From Takakia lepidozioides (taxonomy: Eukaryota; Plantae; Bryophyta), in assembly GCA_030704615.1 (NCBI GenBank), contig CM060734.1, forward strand, positions 17,174,001 through 17,238,000: 64,000 nt of DNA, written 5' to 3'. Of this stretch, positions 49,296 to 60,986 are shown one piece after another. The notes under the pieces are model-generated. The model made no database searches. It was not told the DNA's origin and saw only the letters and a program-made list of their open reading frames with translations. The translations under genes and the position numbers were made by a program. The first letter of the stretch is position 1, and each line of letters starts with the position of its first letter.

Positions 49296-51227
49296 GCTAG
49301 CAACTAGAGGGCTAAGTTTCAACTATGACAACTTTTATCCAAATCTTTGTTGTATTTTTAAAGTTAGAAGAAAGAGGCAAGCAAAATGGCCTGGCCTCCT
49401 CCTCCTGGTGAGGAGAGCCTATGGTACTGGCTTAAGGATATCACTAGTAAGCGCTCCCCTCTTTTTAGTTTACAGTCTACTAACAATGTGGGCCCAATGG
49501 TCAGCTGGTCTACTAAGTTTTAGGTGCTTGCGACACCAAGTTGTAGTCTAGTTGTAATAGGCACATACCATCTCGGAAGTGGTTGTGGGTCCAATCCACC
49601 TTCCTCCCATAAGGCAATAGTCCTTCGGGGTGAAGAGAAATTTACACTTCCTTTGGGAAGCATCATATGTTGTTATTATTATTAGAATTAAAGGGGACAG
49701 AGGCCCTGTTACTCAAATTAAAGAAGTATAGGAAAAAATAACCTCGCAAGATTATTAGTACATTATTACGTGCATGCTGGTTTTTGCACTCTCGATGCTC
49801 ATAAGGTCCTTCGGCTGACTCGCTCAACTTAGTGGACCCATTGTTGTTGCTGGCCCGTTTGGTCGGTTTTGGGTTGTATTCCTCATTTGCATGCCTTATG
49901 GCTGTGCAAGGTTATTGTTTTTCAATCAGATTGTCGCTGAAATGAAAAGAAAAAAGAAACATGTACATGCTGTATCTACCAGTGTTGGACCAATATATGT
50001 ATTTTAATTACCAGACTGGTCCTGGTATGAAGGACCCAACCCTTATGCATACCAGGCTGGTAAGGGTATGGTGCTACGTGCAATGTTGGATTGGTATACC
50101 TGGTTGAACCTAGGTGTGGAATACATGTATGAATATATATATTGAAGAACATACCAGCCGGGTATGAAAGAGCCAGTGAAGAAGAAGAAGAAGAAGACTC
50201 TGGCCTAAACCGGCATAACTAAGAGTCACTTCGCCTTGCGGCTACTGCCCCTTCTCAAGGGTGGGTCCTATAAAGAGCAGATGTCCATGGGACATCATAT
50301 GGCAGGTGATAATGGGGGAGGAAGGGAAAGAGGCACTCATGGCGCCGAGGGTACTGCGAAGTACCCGTGGGCCCCATGGGGTACCCCATGGACCCAGCGG
50401 CTGCCAGGAGGCCTAGGGAGCTGGGGGGAGACTTGATTCAATCTGTCGCTTGTTGGTGATGATGGCAGTGAGGGATCGGAGCGCAGTGAGGTGTATGGCT
50501 TTGAAGCACTTGTGGATTTCTGCCCATCTGGTCTGCCCTCTGTCTGCATTGTGTCCCCAACCGTTTGACCATTTGGTCCATCCCTGCACTGTCATGGTAA
50601 CATATGGAAGGTCCACTGGTTTGGTGCGCAAAAAATTCCGCCACACATTCCCATCTGGTCCTGTATCGATGGGTCCACCTGCAAACAACATCCAAGAGAC
50701 GCAACTCGGGAGCAAATCTGAATTTTATACAGCCAGCCATGCACATATGCTTCCGCCATTTTTGCAATGCCATTCTACACATGCTATATGGAGGACAAGC
50801 CTCGAATAAGACAGTGTGACAAAGGAAAGGCCGATTCACAATTGTTGTCCGCTAAAATGAGTCGTTCTTGTTAGCAAAGAGCTAAATACTTCCATTCAAG
50901 TCTGCACTATGAACTCAATGTAAACAAGGACGTCTTCCGCGCCCTCATACAGTCCCATGAATAGGCAAACAACAAAGCAAAAATAGTAGAAGCATATGAA
51001 CAAATGAGGCTGTGGCTTGAAACGATGGACTCCAACATTGCCATGGGAATCCACGGAGTCATGCTAAGGGATTCTTCACAACCGTGCGAGTCTGTTGGTT
51101 CTAAACAGTCAAACAACAAACAGCAGCAAACAACAACGAGAGACGATAGAGGGAAGACAATAGAGGAGGAAACAGAGAAAAGAGCAAAGGGGTCTCAGGA
51201 GATCTCGATCCCAACTTGTTCCTCCCC

Positions 51228-54000
51228 CTACTCCTTCTCGGATTTTTCCTCATCCTCCGAGGATGCCTCTTCCTCTGAGGATGCCTCTTCCTCTTTCGGC
51301 AGACGTTTAGCCGTTGCAAGTTCCGAGTTGTGGAGGGCAGTATCTGGCTCGAAGGCGAATACATGCCTGTTGGACAACGTCCCTGCCCACATTAAAGCAC
51401 CTGAGGAACAAAGCGGGCGGTTAATAGCTTGCGGCATGCAATTGCAATCGGGCCAGGGGACAAACTGAGCACGTGAAGGCTTACCCGTGCCGCATGTGAG
51501 GTCTAGAATCCGCCCTTGGACATCCAAGCACGTCTCCATGAGGGTTTGGATGAAAGCAGGGCTCCGAGTCCGGCTGTACCGCCACGGTTTGCCTGTCTTT
51601 GTGTCCTTCGGCATACTGGAGTGGGGCACATAGTTGTAGAGGACATCGTAGGTAACAGGGTCCACAGCGGCATCAACAAGACGACCGTCATTGCGGAATT
51701 TGAACGTAGACCCTCTCTTCACAAAGCAATATGCCTCAAACACCAATGTCTGCACATCCAACAAAAGAGGGATCAACTCCGGGATCTTGTTTAGATACAC
51801 CACAATATGAGGTGAATGCAATAGATTGATAACTTACACTTTGGCCCTCTGTTCGCAACCCTTGTGTATTGATGCAGAACCATTTTCTGAGGAGGACCGG
51901 GGTGACACTTTTCGGTGTCCACCTTGCCACCGCATTCTCTGTGGTCTTCCCTCTTGTGGCAAGGACAACCACACATCCACCGTCATCCAGAAGCATCCCC
52001 GCCAGCCCAAACCCGGCTTTCCAGTAGTCCTCAGTAAACCTGTTCTAGGTGGGCACACCATCCAAGCCCTCCAGCAGCTCCTCATCTAGAATGTCAAGGA
52101 GAATCATGTCGCAAGCTCTCTCCACCTCAAAACCCCCCCCCCCGAGTGCTCTTGCAATCCGTGCTCACAACCGTGAAGAATTCCATTCATGGCTTCAAAA
52201 CCAGGGGTGTCTTTAGGCTCTGTACGGCAGCCCTCTTCTTGGCTTTCCCCTTCTGCTCCGCCAGAGACTTGCTGTGTGCCACCTTCTTCGCCCTGGCAGC
52301 GAGAGCGTCAAGGAAGCTCATTGACGCATTGGATGATGGTTGGAGGTTCTAGCTTTGGCCTGTGCGTAAACGTCACCGCCGAATACCGCCGTGTAGGCTC
52401 GCCCTCAAATGCCAACTTCTTGGCAGAGCCAGTCCCACTCCGAACTGACTTGGAAACCCGGACGACCGGTGACTGGGTAGCAGCAACAGCAGTCGCAGGA
52501 CCTTGAACAAAGTCGTCGTCCGAGTCACTCTCTTGGGTCCCCTCCTGCGCCTCCTCCGATGCCCCGATGGTTTTCTGTTTTTGGGTGTTACTGCACTCAC
52601 CTGTTTCCTTGTCCTTTTCCTTTGGCCTTTACTCTTCTCATTCAATTTCTCCTGAATTTTTGCCTGAGCAAGCTCTGCCGCTTTCCTGGAGTTCGCAAGC
52701 GCTTTTGCCTCTTTTGCACCCAGCGGAGGCAGCGGAGCCCGGTTTCGTCGGGCCTCAGCATCCAGCTTCAATTGAAACTCGGATGGGTCGAGGTCCACAT
52801 ACCAAGGGCAATCACGCAAATGTTCCAGATGCCACTCCTTCACAATATCGTCAGTGTACATGGAGTCAACCCCAAGGTTCCTCCATGCCAGGAAGAATGG
52901 TGGCTCAAAAGATAGATGACCTTTCTCCAAAATGGAGAACTTGCAGTACCTGCATTCATGAAAAACACAATGAGGTCCCTGAACTGCAAATTCGGCACCA
53001 TTTTCCCAGGTTGGGGCGGATCTGAGTGGGCCTAGAAATGGAAAAATGGCGCCGAATTTTGGTTTTCGGTGACTGCCACCCTAGGGACTTAGCCATCTTG
53101 GGAGCCCTGAACTGGAAATTCAGCGCCATTTTCCAAGGTCCGGCCCGAAAATGGCTAAGTCCCACAAGGGCAATAGGGCCCAGAACTGGAAAAATGGCGC
53201 CGAATTTCCAGTTCAGGGCCAGCCACCCTAGGGACTTCGCCATTTTCGGAGCCCTGACTGGAAATTCGGCGCCATTTTCCCAGGTCCGGCCCGAAAATGG
53301 CTAAGTCCCAGAACAGCAATAGGGCCCAGAACTGGAAAAATGGCGCCGAATTTCCAGTTCAGGGCCAGCCACCCTAGGGACTTAGCCATTTTCGGAGCCC
53401 TGACTGGAAATTCGGCGCCATTTTCCCAGGTCCGGCCCGAAAATGGCTAAGTCCCATATGGCCTTGACCTGGAAAAATGGCGCCAAATTTCCAGTTCAGG
53501 GCCGGCCACCCTAGGGACTTAGCCATTTTCGGAGCCCTGATCTGGAAATTCGGCGAAAAATGCAAGGACTGAAAGGAAGGCATCGCGTATGTACCTGTAC
53601 AGAAGGCACATTGCTGCTTTGTCCGCGTTCAGCTGGTCGGTGAACTCGTGGCTCCGGCGGGCATGTGGTATCTCCCAAAAGAATAGGTCGGTTTTGTAGA
53701 GCATAAAGTACCTCGTCACATAGTCGCGTAGGCTCTCTGCTGCAGGAGAAATCTCCATCTTGAACTGATGTGCTTGTGTGTCTAGCTGCTCTTGCGCATT
53801 CGTCGTCACCTGTGGAGATTCTCCATCAGATCACATTGCTGAAAAAATACAATGAATCCACCCCCTACAAGAGTAGAAGCGCCAAACGAAGCGTGGGGAA
53901 GTACCTGAAACCACCATGTCATGCGGTTCATCCACATGTCGAATGTGGGCCTCTCGATGGGCTGTGTTGAGCAGTAGGCTCTGTAGATTCATCGGACATC
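51228..54000 (-). pseudogene. Multi-exon TE-associated gene ending in a beta-class N4C/N6A DNA-methyltransferase-like domain; 5'-truncated and decayed
   Basis: GT..AG introns at ~53811-53904, 52950-53594, 51750-51837 and 51401-51484 restore continuous reading. Spliced domain: CDMILLDILD...YWKAGFGLAGMLLDDGGCVVVL...FEAYCFVK...RSPAFIQTLMETCLDVQGRILDLTCGTGALMWAGTLSNRHVFAFEPD. Confidence 0.75.
52985..53560. repeat. Intronic array of alternating direct and inverted units (GAAATTCGGCGCCATTTT, GGGACTTAGCCA), ~130-bp higher-order period
   Basis: Repeated AAATGGCGCCGAATTT and its reverse complement; same motifs as 60470-60840. Confidence 0.9.
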
Positions 54001-54529
54001 AAAGAAAAGTTACCTTTATCATTATCAAAGAGGTTATTTTCTCCTCACTATAATGAAGGGCCTGATTTGGCCTCTCATTTTTTAATAATTGGGAGTTTAT
54101 GTCGCACGTGTGGGACAGGGTGCGCACGGACGCGGGGTCGCCTTCCCCCGCCCCCCTCCCCCGCCCACCCCCACCTGCCAGCCGCGGCCCAGCCCGCCTG
54201 CGGTCGCCGCTGGGTCCGCCCCGGCGGCAGGTCGGTCCAACTGACTCGCCTGGGGTGGTCTGCCTGCTGGTAGCGCATGTCGTCTTGCAGACCACCCCAG
54301 ACCGGCATAACAGACCCGTGCAGACGTGGCGGGGATCTGCCCATCCAAATCCGGTTTTATCCAGACCGTCCGGATGTAGGGCATGCCATGGCAGTCGAGT
54401 GAGTGGTCGCATTGTAAGTTGCCTCCAGATTTCATGAGGCACCTCCCTTCGCTCTCTTATTTTGTTGAAAACCCTTTCTGCTTCTGCTGGTATTGACATT
54501 CTTGAAATGGATTTGTTCTTACTATAGGA

Positions 54530-55193
54530 TGTCAAGTACGGCAGGAAGGACGTCTACACCGGAGTTCATGGGCAGGAGAACATGCCTTTTTTTGCCAGGG
54601 GGATTTCATGCCTAGTCCAGAAAGGGACTACATCCTTCCTACTTATGCTGCCCGGCTTGCTTCGGTGTCCATTAGGAGGTGTTCCGAACCTAGTCGTGTA
54701 CAGCAGATTTAAGACGAGGCAAGCCTCAAGAAAATGAAGATGAGGGAGGAGGCAGCAGCTATTAGAGCCCGTCGGGCTCGTAGATTTGTGGTGGATTCTG
54801 CTAAGGAAAGTGGGGGAGAAGAGGCAGAAGATTCCCAGGAGGTGAGGTGGACAGTCCCCCAAGGAGAGGACGGCATTTTTGAGAGGCATACTGCAACCGA
54901 TGCATCACAGAGCTCGGAGGATGGGGGGGATGAGGGGGATGAGGAAGAAGGAGGGCCAAATTCCTCGGAAGGTGTAGGAGAGTAGTTCCCATTCCTGCTA
55001 TGACAGTTAGGACACACTTGTATAGACGTGGCTTGCCACCAAATTTGCAATAAAATGTTGCATTTCATTGCTATGACGAGTCCACATGACCCTATTTCCG
55101 TGCCTCCTAACCCTATTTCCGTGGACACAATTCGGCCCGCTCATGCTTTTTTTTTTCCCGCTCATGCTCATGCCGCTCATGAAATAGCAACCC
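54530..55193 (+). mobile_element. Terminal fragment of a MULE-family element: 3' end of the unknown gene (54625-54985) followed by a TIR-like end
   Basis: RDYILP...VRWTVPQGEDGIFER. The terminus GCTCATGCCGCTCATGAAATAGCAACCC is an inverted match to 60227-60270. Confidence 0.7.
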
Positions 55194-56170
55194 CCCAAGG
55201 AGCGAGGCCACATTCAAGAGGAACATAAAAGCTTAAGAGCCGGAAGTTATCTAAGAGTGACATGAGGCATCGGCTACAAGAGACAAGCTAAACAGAGTAA
55301 TGTACATTGACCGGATCACGTAGAAGGTGTACACATATACTCGATTATGTTGTCTGACAAGGGCGTAGCTCACAATATCAGCTCTCAGGTCTACCTTAGA
55401 AACACACTGCTTATGATGCCTTTCTCACCAAGCTCAAATCACCAACAAATTCTTGCTGGACAGAATTATACCTTACTGGTATCCCATGGCTTTGAGCCCA
55501 TAACTCCAATCTGGAGTGCACTTGCTGGAACTCCCTTGGCTTTGAGTTCGTCACTCCAAATCGGAGTGTATTTGCTACCCTTCTGTCAAAGCCAAAGAAA
55601 TGTAAGTACATCAACATGAGAAAGACGGAACAAGAAAGGAGAGGGGTAAACACCACGTAAGTACACTGGTCAAAGGAAGAGAGGGAAGATATTAATGTCA
55701 TGTCAAGACACAAACAAGACCAGTAGGGTCATTGTTAATTAAAGACATCATCAGCCCTTTACAGGGCACAATCTATCACCTCCTTCCATGCACATCTCCT
55801 CAAATGATTGAACTGTAGATTTCAGAGTACATGAAATCTCAGGGTGGGAGGGTGGGGTTTATTTTTTTAAATGCCATTCATCATTCAAAGAGACCATCAC
55901 CCCCCTTGCTTTATACCATTTGTAGCAGCTCTGTTGGATCTGAGAGGGCTGCCTGAGAAAGTCTTCATTTCATAAGAAAACAGTCCTATGCCATGAGCAG
56001 TTATGAAATAGTTTCCAGCATTAGCTTACTTATATTGTAGGCATGACATAACCACTAGACATACACCTGTGTTAAGAGCTTGCAAACAAGGTAGGTGTCT
56101 AAGAAATCCGTCACCATAGATTCATGCCCTTGAGTCTCAAACAATTGAAGTAAGAATCTTTTCAATGCCT

Positions 56171-59100
56171 TGTCAAGTTATTTTACCACTAGTGTGAAAC
56201 TAGCTAGGAAATAGCTAGCTTTTACATATTGACATTTGGGATTGGCCCAAGTGTCAATCTAGGGGTCAAGGCAGATTTAGGCCCTGGAGTGGTTATCTTC
56301 ACGGCAAGCGCGGAAGGCTCATCTTTCTCGAGTTGAGCCTCACCGCGCCTAGCTATGGCGCCGTAGTGTGGATTCCCCATGGCGTGGGGTGCACTTGGCT
56401 TGACTTGTATTTGAGTGATGAGGTTATATATGCATGAGTTTATGCTTCAACTTTGTGAGCTCGCATGAGCTTGTGCTTGTATTCTTCTTCTTTATCACTC
56501 GAGAAAGATGAGCTCGAGTCTGTGAGTGCCAAGTTCGAGTTGCTTTGTAGCACTTGTGTTTTCATGAGAAGCGGTTCAGCCTAGAGTGTAGGGATCCGTG
56601 CATGAGCCTATCCAAAGTGGATAGAGTGCAAAGGCGAACAGGTTGCAGGTCTGCAATGGATAGAGAGGCGGGTAGCCTATGTTGAAGAGCGGCGTTGCAT
56701 AGCTCAATGCTATGGCAACCAAGTTTGGGCTCTAGTGTGAAGCGGGGGAGATGCTGGTCTCGAGTGGGTGAACTGGTGTCGTCTTCTTCAGCTGCAGGCC
56801 AAGTTAAGGAGCTGCAGCAATGTGGAGCTGCGAGGGTGTTAAATGTAAGTCACAGTTATCAGGAGCTCCAACTTCAAGCTCATAAGGAGGTATGAGTGAA
56901 AAGAGATGGCTGATTTCTCTTGTATGCAAGCCAATGCATTTGTGGCTATGTTGAGTTGGGGGTTTCAATCTGAAACTCCAGCGATATGAGGGCTCTTGCC
57001 ATGGCAAGAGCAGGGCTGGAACAGGAGCTAAGAGGTGCGGCAAGGCCATGGAATGTGCACCTAGGGTTTCAGAGCTTGGAAGAAAAGTTCTTGCACCACA
57101 AGAGGAGTGTCTTGTGGCTGGAAATATAAGCCTTACGGTTTCAGGAGCTTGGCAAGGGCTATGGAGTGCTTAGTCTTGTCTTAGAGAGCATCAAGGAGCC
57201 AAGGAGCCAAGATAGGGGGCTGATATCTCTTGTGTGAAGAGGTTGCATGTGTGGAGCATGTATTCAGCTCATTGAAGCTTCCATCTTCAAGCTTGGAGGG
57301 CAAGCAAGGAAGAGGGAAGGGCTGACTTCCCTTATGTGAGGGCAATGCATGTGTGGAGCATGCTATCAGCCTGGTGAAGGCTTGCACTTTCAGGTGTGGG
57401 AGTGCAAGAAAGGAAGGAAGGGGCTGGTTTCCCTGTAGGGCAGGTGGAGCATGCTTTCAGCCTGCTAAAGCTTGTATTTTCAGGTTTGTGGGTGCAAGAA
57501 ATGAAGCAAAGGAGCTGATTCTCTTATGGTGAGAGTGGGGCATGTGTGGAGCATGCCTTCAGCCCATTGAGGCTCTTGTTTTCAAGCTTTAGAGAGCTAG
57601 AATGGAAGGTCTAGGGCTGGTTTCCACTTGGAGTGAAAGAAAAGCACTTGTAGGGCCTATGTGAGTTGGGGTTTCAACTTCAAGCTTGAAGGGAGCGCAA
57701 CTCTTGAAGCAGCAGGTGTAGGGGGCTGGAATAGGCTCTAAGACATATGCTATGGCCAAGGAGAGTGCTTGAATGAGTGCTCACAAGAGCTGGGAACCAG
57801 CAGGGCTTGGTTGTTTGCCATTGAGTTTAGTGGCGTGTTTGGGGAGGCTAAGTGAGAAAGAAGGCTTGGTTTGTGGCAACCACCTCATGGCTCAGGGCTA
57901 CTATGGTGGTGTGTGGGAGCCGAAAGAGCAAGAATACCTTGCTGATTTCCTCACAGCCGCCATAGCTCGGTGGAAAGAAGCCTAGAGTCCAAGAGACACA
58001 AACCCTAGCTTGGCGTGGCTAAACCCCTTGGAGAAATGGCTAAACTGCCAGAGCGGCCATGGATGGGGCTGTGAGGGGCTGTGAGGGGCTGTGTCAGGCC
58101 GTGCCTGAGGCCTGTGGGGCTGTGAGGGCTGTGAGGGGCTGTGTCAGGCCGTGCCCGTGGCCTTTGGGGCTGTGATGGGCTGTGAGGGGCTGTGACAGGC
58201 TGTGCCCGTGGCCTGTGGGGCTGTGCGGGGCTGTGACAGGCTGTGCCCAGTGGCCTAAAGGGCTGTGACGGGCTGTGCGGGGCTGTGACAGGCTGTGCCC
58301 AGTGGCCTGTGGGGCTGTGATGGGCTGTGAGGGGCTGTGACAGGCCGTGCCTGAGGCCTTGGGGCTGTGACGGGCTGTGACGGGCTGTGATAGGCCGTGC
58401 CTGAGGCCTTTGGGGCTGTGACGGGCTGTGAGGGCTGTGCCGGGCTGCGCCGGTGGCCTTCGGGGCTGTGATGGGCTGTGAGGGCCTGGGCCGGTGGCCT
58501 TCGGGGTCGTGACGGGCTGTGAGGGCCTCTGACGGGCTACGCCGGTGGCCTTGGGGGCTATGATGGGCTGTGAGGGGCTGTGTCAGGCCGTGCCTGAGGC
58601 CTGTGGGCTGTGACGGGCTGTGATAGGCTGTGCCCATGGCCTTTGGGGCTGTGAGGGGCTGTGACAGGCTGTGCCCAGTGGCCTGTGGGGCTGTGACGGG
58701 CTGTGACGGGCTGTGCCCGTGGCCTTTGGGGCTGTGAGGGGTTGTGACAAGCCGTGCCTGAGGCCTTTGGGGCTGTGACGGGCTGTGAGGGGCTGTGTCA
58801 GGCCGTGCCTGAGGCCTTTGGGGCTGTGACGGCTGTGAGGGGCTGTGACAGGCTGTGCCCAGTGGCCTGTGGGGCTGTGACGGGCTGTGGCGAGCTGTGA
58901 TGGGCTATGAGGGGCTGTGACAGGCTGTGCCCAGTGGCCTGTGGGACTGTGACGGCTGTGACCAGTGAGCTGTGTGGGCCTGTGCTGGTCTGTGGTGGCC
59001 CGTGTTGACCTGTGGACGGCCTATGCTGACTCGTGGAGGCACTGGTGGACTGCCTAAGGACTGGCATGTGGTCTGGAAGGCCGAATTTTGAAGCTCGTGA

Positions 59101-60226
59101 AGGGCGGTTTGAGGAGTATCTTCATGATATTCCCATGGTCATGCAAGTGAGGGAAGAGAGGAGAGGAAGAGTGTTGGGATGAGGGCATGCTGGGGTTAGG
59201 CATTGCTTTAGCTTCTCTTCATCGTAGTTTCCACCCTCTCATTAGGCCAAGACCTTTCCGTAGGTGGAGGCAAGAGTCAGTCCGGGTTTGGGCTGGGGTG
59301 TCCTTGCAGGAGCAACACCGTGGAGTTGTTTTTGGTGTGGGGGAGTTGTCGTTCTGATTTCTTGTGTTTGGATCCCCTCCATATCTGCATGCTTGACTGT
59401 GCGCCATGCTAGTTTTGTGTGGGCGCTTGTTTTTATAGGTGATTGGTCCGGATTTGATCACCGGCCAGTCCTAGAGCATGCTGTCGATGGTGAGGCTGGG
59501 GTGATGACCAGCCAGACCATCATTGTTTCTCCTGTGGTGAGGTTGGAGGTGATGACCAGCCAACCATAGGAGTGCTTGCGGTGGATGCAGGTATAGGTGT
59601 AGGCTATGTTAGGAACTTAGTATTCCAAACCATAAGCCGCAACAGGTTCTCTACCCGGTTACCTTGTGGAGAGGGGGTTAGGGACATGTTCATGACCGGT
59701 TGAGTGTCAACACGGAGGTGCCACTAGTTGCTGGGGACAGTGCCGGTTCGAGCACTAGCGATACTAGTGGGTACACGAGACGAGGTGTGCGGTTTAGGCC
59801 ACCTTCACCTCCTGTGTCTTCCACGGAAGGTTCTGATTCGGATTGTGAATCATGAGGACTCCTACCGGCGGTGCAAGTTGTTTATTTGCCATTGTTGTGG
59901 GACACAATGGAGGAGATGTATGGAGCTACCAAGGGGCCACGAAGGTACTCTGGGGTGGTGGGCACCATCGAGTTGGATGATTTTATCCAAGAGTTTGATA
60001 GTTGGTGTGATTTGCAGCAAATGCGCAATCCACAACTATTTACGCCGTTCATGGCATGGAAAGGGCTGTTTCAGCACCTTGAGGGGCCGAGGCAGGCACA
60101 GGTGCTAGTGCTGGTGCGGTAGTGGCTTGGGTGGATGTCGTAGCTACTGTACCACCAGTCCCACCAGTCCCACTGCTACTTGCTGAAGCTGCCGGTGCAG
60201 CGGCAGGTGTAGCCACTGCCCTCGTG
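56171..60226 (+). mobile_element. 5' portion of LTR retrotransposon C: long LTR-like region with an internal tandem array, then a truncated gag
   Basis: Starts TGTCAAG, with its first 327 bp repeated at 13652. Possible LTR end ...GCAACA near 59644. Gag-like MEEMYGATKGPRRYSG...LDDFIQEFDSWCD at ~59908-60090. Confidence 0.6.
58065..58960 (+). repeat. G-rich tandem array: ~10-bp GGGCTGTGA(C/G) subunits in ~50-bp higher-order units
   Basis: Directly visible periodicity. Confidence 0.95.
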
Positions 60227-60469
60227 GAGGTTTGCTATTTCATGAGCATGAGCGGCATGAGCGGCATGAGCAGAGTAGTAACACAATCGGTTTTCATGAG
60301 CAGAAGTACAAATTTCGAAAATAAAAAACAATAAAAAACAATAATTTAATGCAATGTGTCAGAAAAAACAAATATATTATTCGGCCCCTTGAAGGGAAAA
60401 TTGCACTTTTGACAGTTGTGCTCATGATATTTCGTCTTCCGCTCATGCCAATTCCCAGCGACATGTGCA

Positions 60470-60840
60470 AATATGGCGCCGAATTTCGCGGTAATAGGGT
60501 CCGTAACCTGAAAAAACGGCGACGTATTTCGCGGCAATAGGTCTCTCTGGCGAAAAATGGTGCCGAATTCCGCGGCTATAGGTCCCCTCATGACAGGTAA
60601 TTCGGCGCCATTTTTCCAGTGCATGTTCGGACTTAGCCAGTTTTCGGCCCAAAAAAGAGAAATTCGGCGCCATTTTTCCAGACACGGTACCAGTGCATGT
60701 TGGGACTTAGCCAGTTTTCGGCCCCAAAAAGAGAAATTCGGCGCCATTTTCCCAAACACAGGTACCAGTGCATGTTGGGACTTAGCCAGTTTTCGGCCCC
60801 AAAAAGAGAAATTCGGCGCCATTTTTCCAGAAATGGCCCC
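60470..60840. repeat. Subterminal array, ~70-bp units with GGGACTTAGCCA and GAAATTCGGCGCCATTTT
   Basis: Three near-identical units at ~60600-60830 plus inverted copies at 60470-60575. Confidence 0.9.
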
Positions 60841-60986
60841 ACAACTGCTTCTGTTGGATCTCAGTTTGAATGGAATATTGCCTCATTCCAGGAGTTTTGG
60901 GGTGCATTTCATTACACTGCAAAAAAAAAGTCTGATACAGCAAAATGCATTTGAAAATATCCATATGGAGGATTCCGTTTGCCCCA

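Noticed and set aside
51401-51484. KPSRAQFVPWPDCNCMPQAINRPLCSS as protein sequence in the 197-aa ORF
   Set aside because: It is an 84-nt GTAAG..CAG intron that happens to be stop-free; removing it restores the MTase motif spacing.
52956-53583. ORFs over the GGCGCC arrays (also 60346-61009 and 39072-39538)
   Set aside because: They are translations of non-coding repeats, and the first lies inside a predicted intron.
58005-59067. 210-aa and 89-aa ORFs
   Set aside because: They are translations of the tandem array.
55138-60302. TIR pair enclosing one element
   Set aside because: The termini face away from each other, so they are ends of two flanking elements or fragments rather than boundaries of the intervening DNA.
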